Source: Coriobacteriia bacterium
GTDB lineage: Bacteria; Actinomycetota; Coriobacteriia; Anaerosomatales; SLCP01
NCBI GenBank assembly: GCA_014859265.1
Contig: JACUUN010000002.1
Location: 472 to 64,471 of the forward strand
DNA length: 64,000 nt
Reading direction: 5' to 3'
The stretch's first letter is position 1. Each line of letters opens with the position of its first letter. Below, piece after piece: positions 62,288-64,000 of the stretch. The position numbers were made by a program, and so were the translations under genes. The notes beneath the pieces are model-generated. The model did no database searches and was not told the origin of the DNA. It worked only from the letters and a program-made list of their open reading frames with translations.

Positions 62288-63655
62288 TTAGAGGGTGTCT
62301 GGATCCGTTTGGGGCGCCGCTGCTCCATCGAGAATGTACCCGCTCAGAAACCAGGTCTGGGCCTCGATGATCCTCACCGCCGCGAACCGCCCCTCGAACT
62401 CCCCGGCGCTCTCTCCAGCGGCGAGGGGCACGTGCACGACTTTGTTTCCCACGCTGCGCCCCGAGAGCACGGCTGCGTCGCGTTTGGAGATACCGGTGAA
62501 GAGCACCGGCTGTACGCTGCCGACAAGCGCCCTGTTCTTCTCAAACGCCGAGCGCTGGACCATCTCCACCAGTCGGTCGAAGCGCTCCTGTGCGACCGGA
62601 CGAGGGACCGCGTTGCTCAGCGATACTGCGGGGGTCCCCTCCCTCGGCGAGTAGATGAAGGTGAAGGCCTGGTCGTAGCGGGCCTGCTCGACAACGTCGA
62701 GAGTGTCGAGGAAGTCCTGCTCGGTCTCGCCAGGGAAGCCCACGATGACATCGGTGGAAAGGGCGAGGTCGGGCATAGCGTCGTAGAGCCGCCCGACCAG
62801 GTCGAGGTAAGAGCGCTTCGTGTAGCCGCGGTTCATCGCCGCAAGTATGCGGTCGGAACCTGACTGTACAGGCAGATGCAGCGAGCGGGCGACCTGGGCG
62901 ATCTCGGTCATCGCGGTGATGGTCTCGTCGGAAAGGTCCTTGGGATGGCTGGTAGCGAACCGGATTCGCTCGATGCCGGTCTTCGCGACCGCACGCAGTG
63001 CTTCGGCGAAGCGGGGCGAACCGTAGAGGTCCCGCCCGTATGAGTTCACGTTCTGGCCGAGGAGCGTCACCTCGACTACACCTTCGCCTGCCAGCCGCCT
63101 GCACTCGGCGACGATCTGCTCGAGAGGTCGCGATCGTTCGCGTCCTCGGACATAAGGGACGATGCAGTACGAACAGAAGTTGTCACAGCCGATCGTGATG
63201 GGCACCCATGCGTGCCACGGGTGCTCGCGCTCGGCGGGCAGATCGCTCGTGAACTCGCCAGAGGAGTGAAGTACCTCGACGACCGCGCCTCGCGCGGCAC
63301 GCGACGCATCGATCAGGGACGGGAGATGCGACACGTTGTGCGTCCCGAAGACAACGTCGACGTGGGGCAGCTGCTGGAGCAGGCGCTCACCGTCTCGCTG
63401 GCCGATACACCCTCCGACCGCGATGGTCTGTCGGCCTTCGCGCGCAGTCTTGACGCTCTTCAATGAGGCGACCTGGCCGCGGAGACGCTCGTCGGCATTC
63501 TCGCGAACGCAACACGTCATGAAGACGACGACGTCAGCGTCTTCGAGCTTATGAGCGGGGCGCATCCCGGCAGCGCGCAACATCCCTGCGACGCGCTCGG
63601 AGTCGTGCTTGTTCATCTGGCACCCGAAGGTGCGCACCAGGTAGGTCTCTCTCAT
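62288..63655 (-). CDS. miaB: tRNA-2-methylthio-N6-dimethylallyladenosine synthase (radical SAM methylthiotransferase)
   Basis: YLVRTFGCQMNKHDSE N-terminal domain, radical-SAM CDNFCSYC, C-terminal TRAM-like region. 455 aa. Confidence 0.92.
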   Translation of the reverse strand: MRETYLVRTFGCQMNKHDSERVAGMLRAAGMRPAHKLEDADVVVFMTCCVRENADERLRGQVASLKSVKTAREGRQTIAVGGCIGQRDGERLLQQLPHVDVVFGTHNVSHLPSLIDASRAARGAVVEVLHSSGEFTSDLPAEREHPWHAWVPITIGCDNFCSYCIVPYVRGRERSRPLEQIVAECRRLAGEGVVEVTLLGQNVNSYGRDLYGSPRFAEALRAVAKTGIERIRFATSHPKDLSDETITAMTEIAQVARSLHLPVQSGSDRILAAMNRGYTKRSYLDLVGRLYDAMPDLALSTDVIVGFPGETEQDFLDTLDVVEQARYDQAFTFIYSPREGTPAVSLSNAVPRPVAQERFDRLVEMVQRSAFEKNRALVGSVQPVLFTGISKRDAAVLSGRSVGNKVVHVPLAAGESAGEFEGRFAAVRIIEAQTWFLSGYILDGAAAPQTDPDTL

Positions 63656-63711
63656 AGCCGGACGAGTGTAGCATGGTCCGGTACCGATTTTGCGCCCCGC
63701 CAGATTGCGTA

Positions 63712-64000
63712 TCAGCTGCGCGGGGCTAGCGGATGAACGGCAGGTACTCCGGCAGCCTTGAGGAGAGCGGCAAGCACGGAGTCTGGCATGTCTACGCTCC
63801 CGAGCGACGGGTTGGGTGCGGTTGGGCCGTGGTAGTCGGTGCCACCAGTCGCGAGCAGCCCGAGTTTGGCTGCGAGCGCGCTATAGCGCTCACGCTCCTC
63901 AGGACCGTGTTCGGAGTGATAGGCCTCGAGGCCGGCGAGGCCCTCGGCGACGAGTGCCGGTATCAGGTCATCCACGCCAGTTACTCCGGGGTGGGCCAGT
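63712..64000 (-). CDS. PHP-domain phosphoesterase (C-terminal part; gene runs off the window)
   Basis: GLEAYHSEH...GGTDYHG is typical of a PHP-domain C-terminus. The frame stays open to the window edge. Confidence 0.6.
   Translation of the reverse strand, partial: LAHPGVTGVDDLIPALVAEGLAGLEAYHSEHGPEERERYSALAAKLGLLATGGTDYHGPTAPNPSLGSVDMPDSVLAALLKAAGVPAVHPLAPRS

Overview
High-GC (~65% by eye) chromosomal window, gene-dense, with about 70 supportable CDS and one tRNA-Pro(GGG). All domain and family calls rest on motifs read in the supplied translations; no database search was possible. Many ORF-track starts were trimmed to internal starts that have Shine-Dalgarno support. Gene content and order suggest an anaerobic Actinomycetota-like organism (inference). 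Anaerobic markers are class III RNR, IOR, a 2-oxoacid:ferredoxin oxidoreductase and rubrerythrin. Synteny blocks recalled from mycobacteria are nrdR-LysM(ChiZ-like)-lexA, hflX-dapF-miaA...miaB, and pgsA-type/DUF881/sbp/DUF881...gcvH/FHA/MerR. Most of the window is core metabolism: the glycine cleavage operon with a lipoate ligase, coaBC, corA, hpt/apt, cell-wall hydrolases, and a 9-kb IOR-ACT-Liv-PaaK operon. The only clearly accessory stretch is the left ~3.2 kb. It holds a 5'-truncated orphan RHS cassette with a non-enzyme-like tip (TM hairpin plus Lys-rich tail), followed by a DUF4288-like gene and a lipoprotein gene. Candidates for undescribed biology, in my order of interest: (1) a LigB-type/AMMECR1 fusion gene tightly coupled between miaB and miaA; (2) an alpha-oxoamine synthase upstream of two tandem paralogous polytopic sensors with degenerate GGDEF and intact HD-GYP domains, a possible synthase/receptor pair; (3) the RHS tip and its putative immunity genes; (4) a small protein carrying a near-perfect single RsiG-type c-di-GMP-binding helix motif; (5) the IOR-ACT-Liv-PaaK operon. 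No CRISPR array, transposase, integrase or recognisable defence enzyme was seen.
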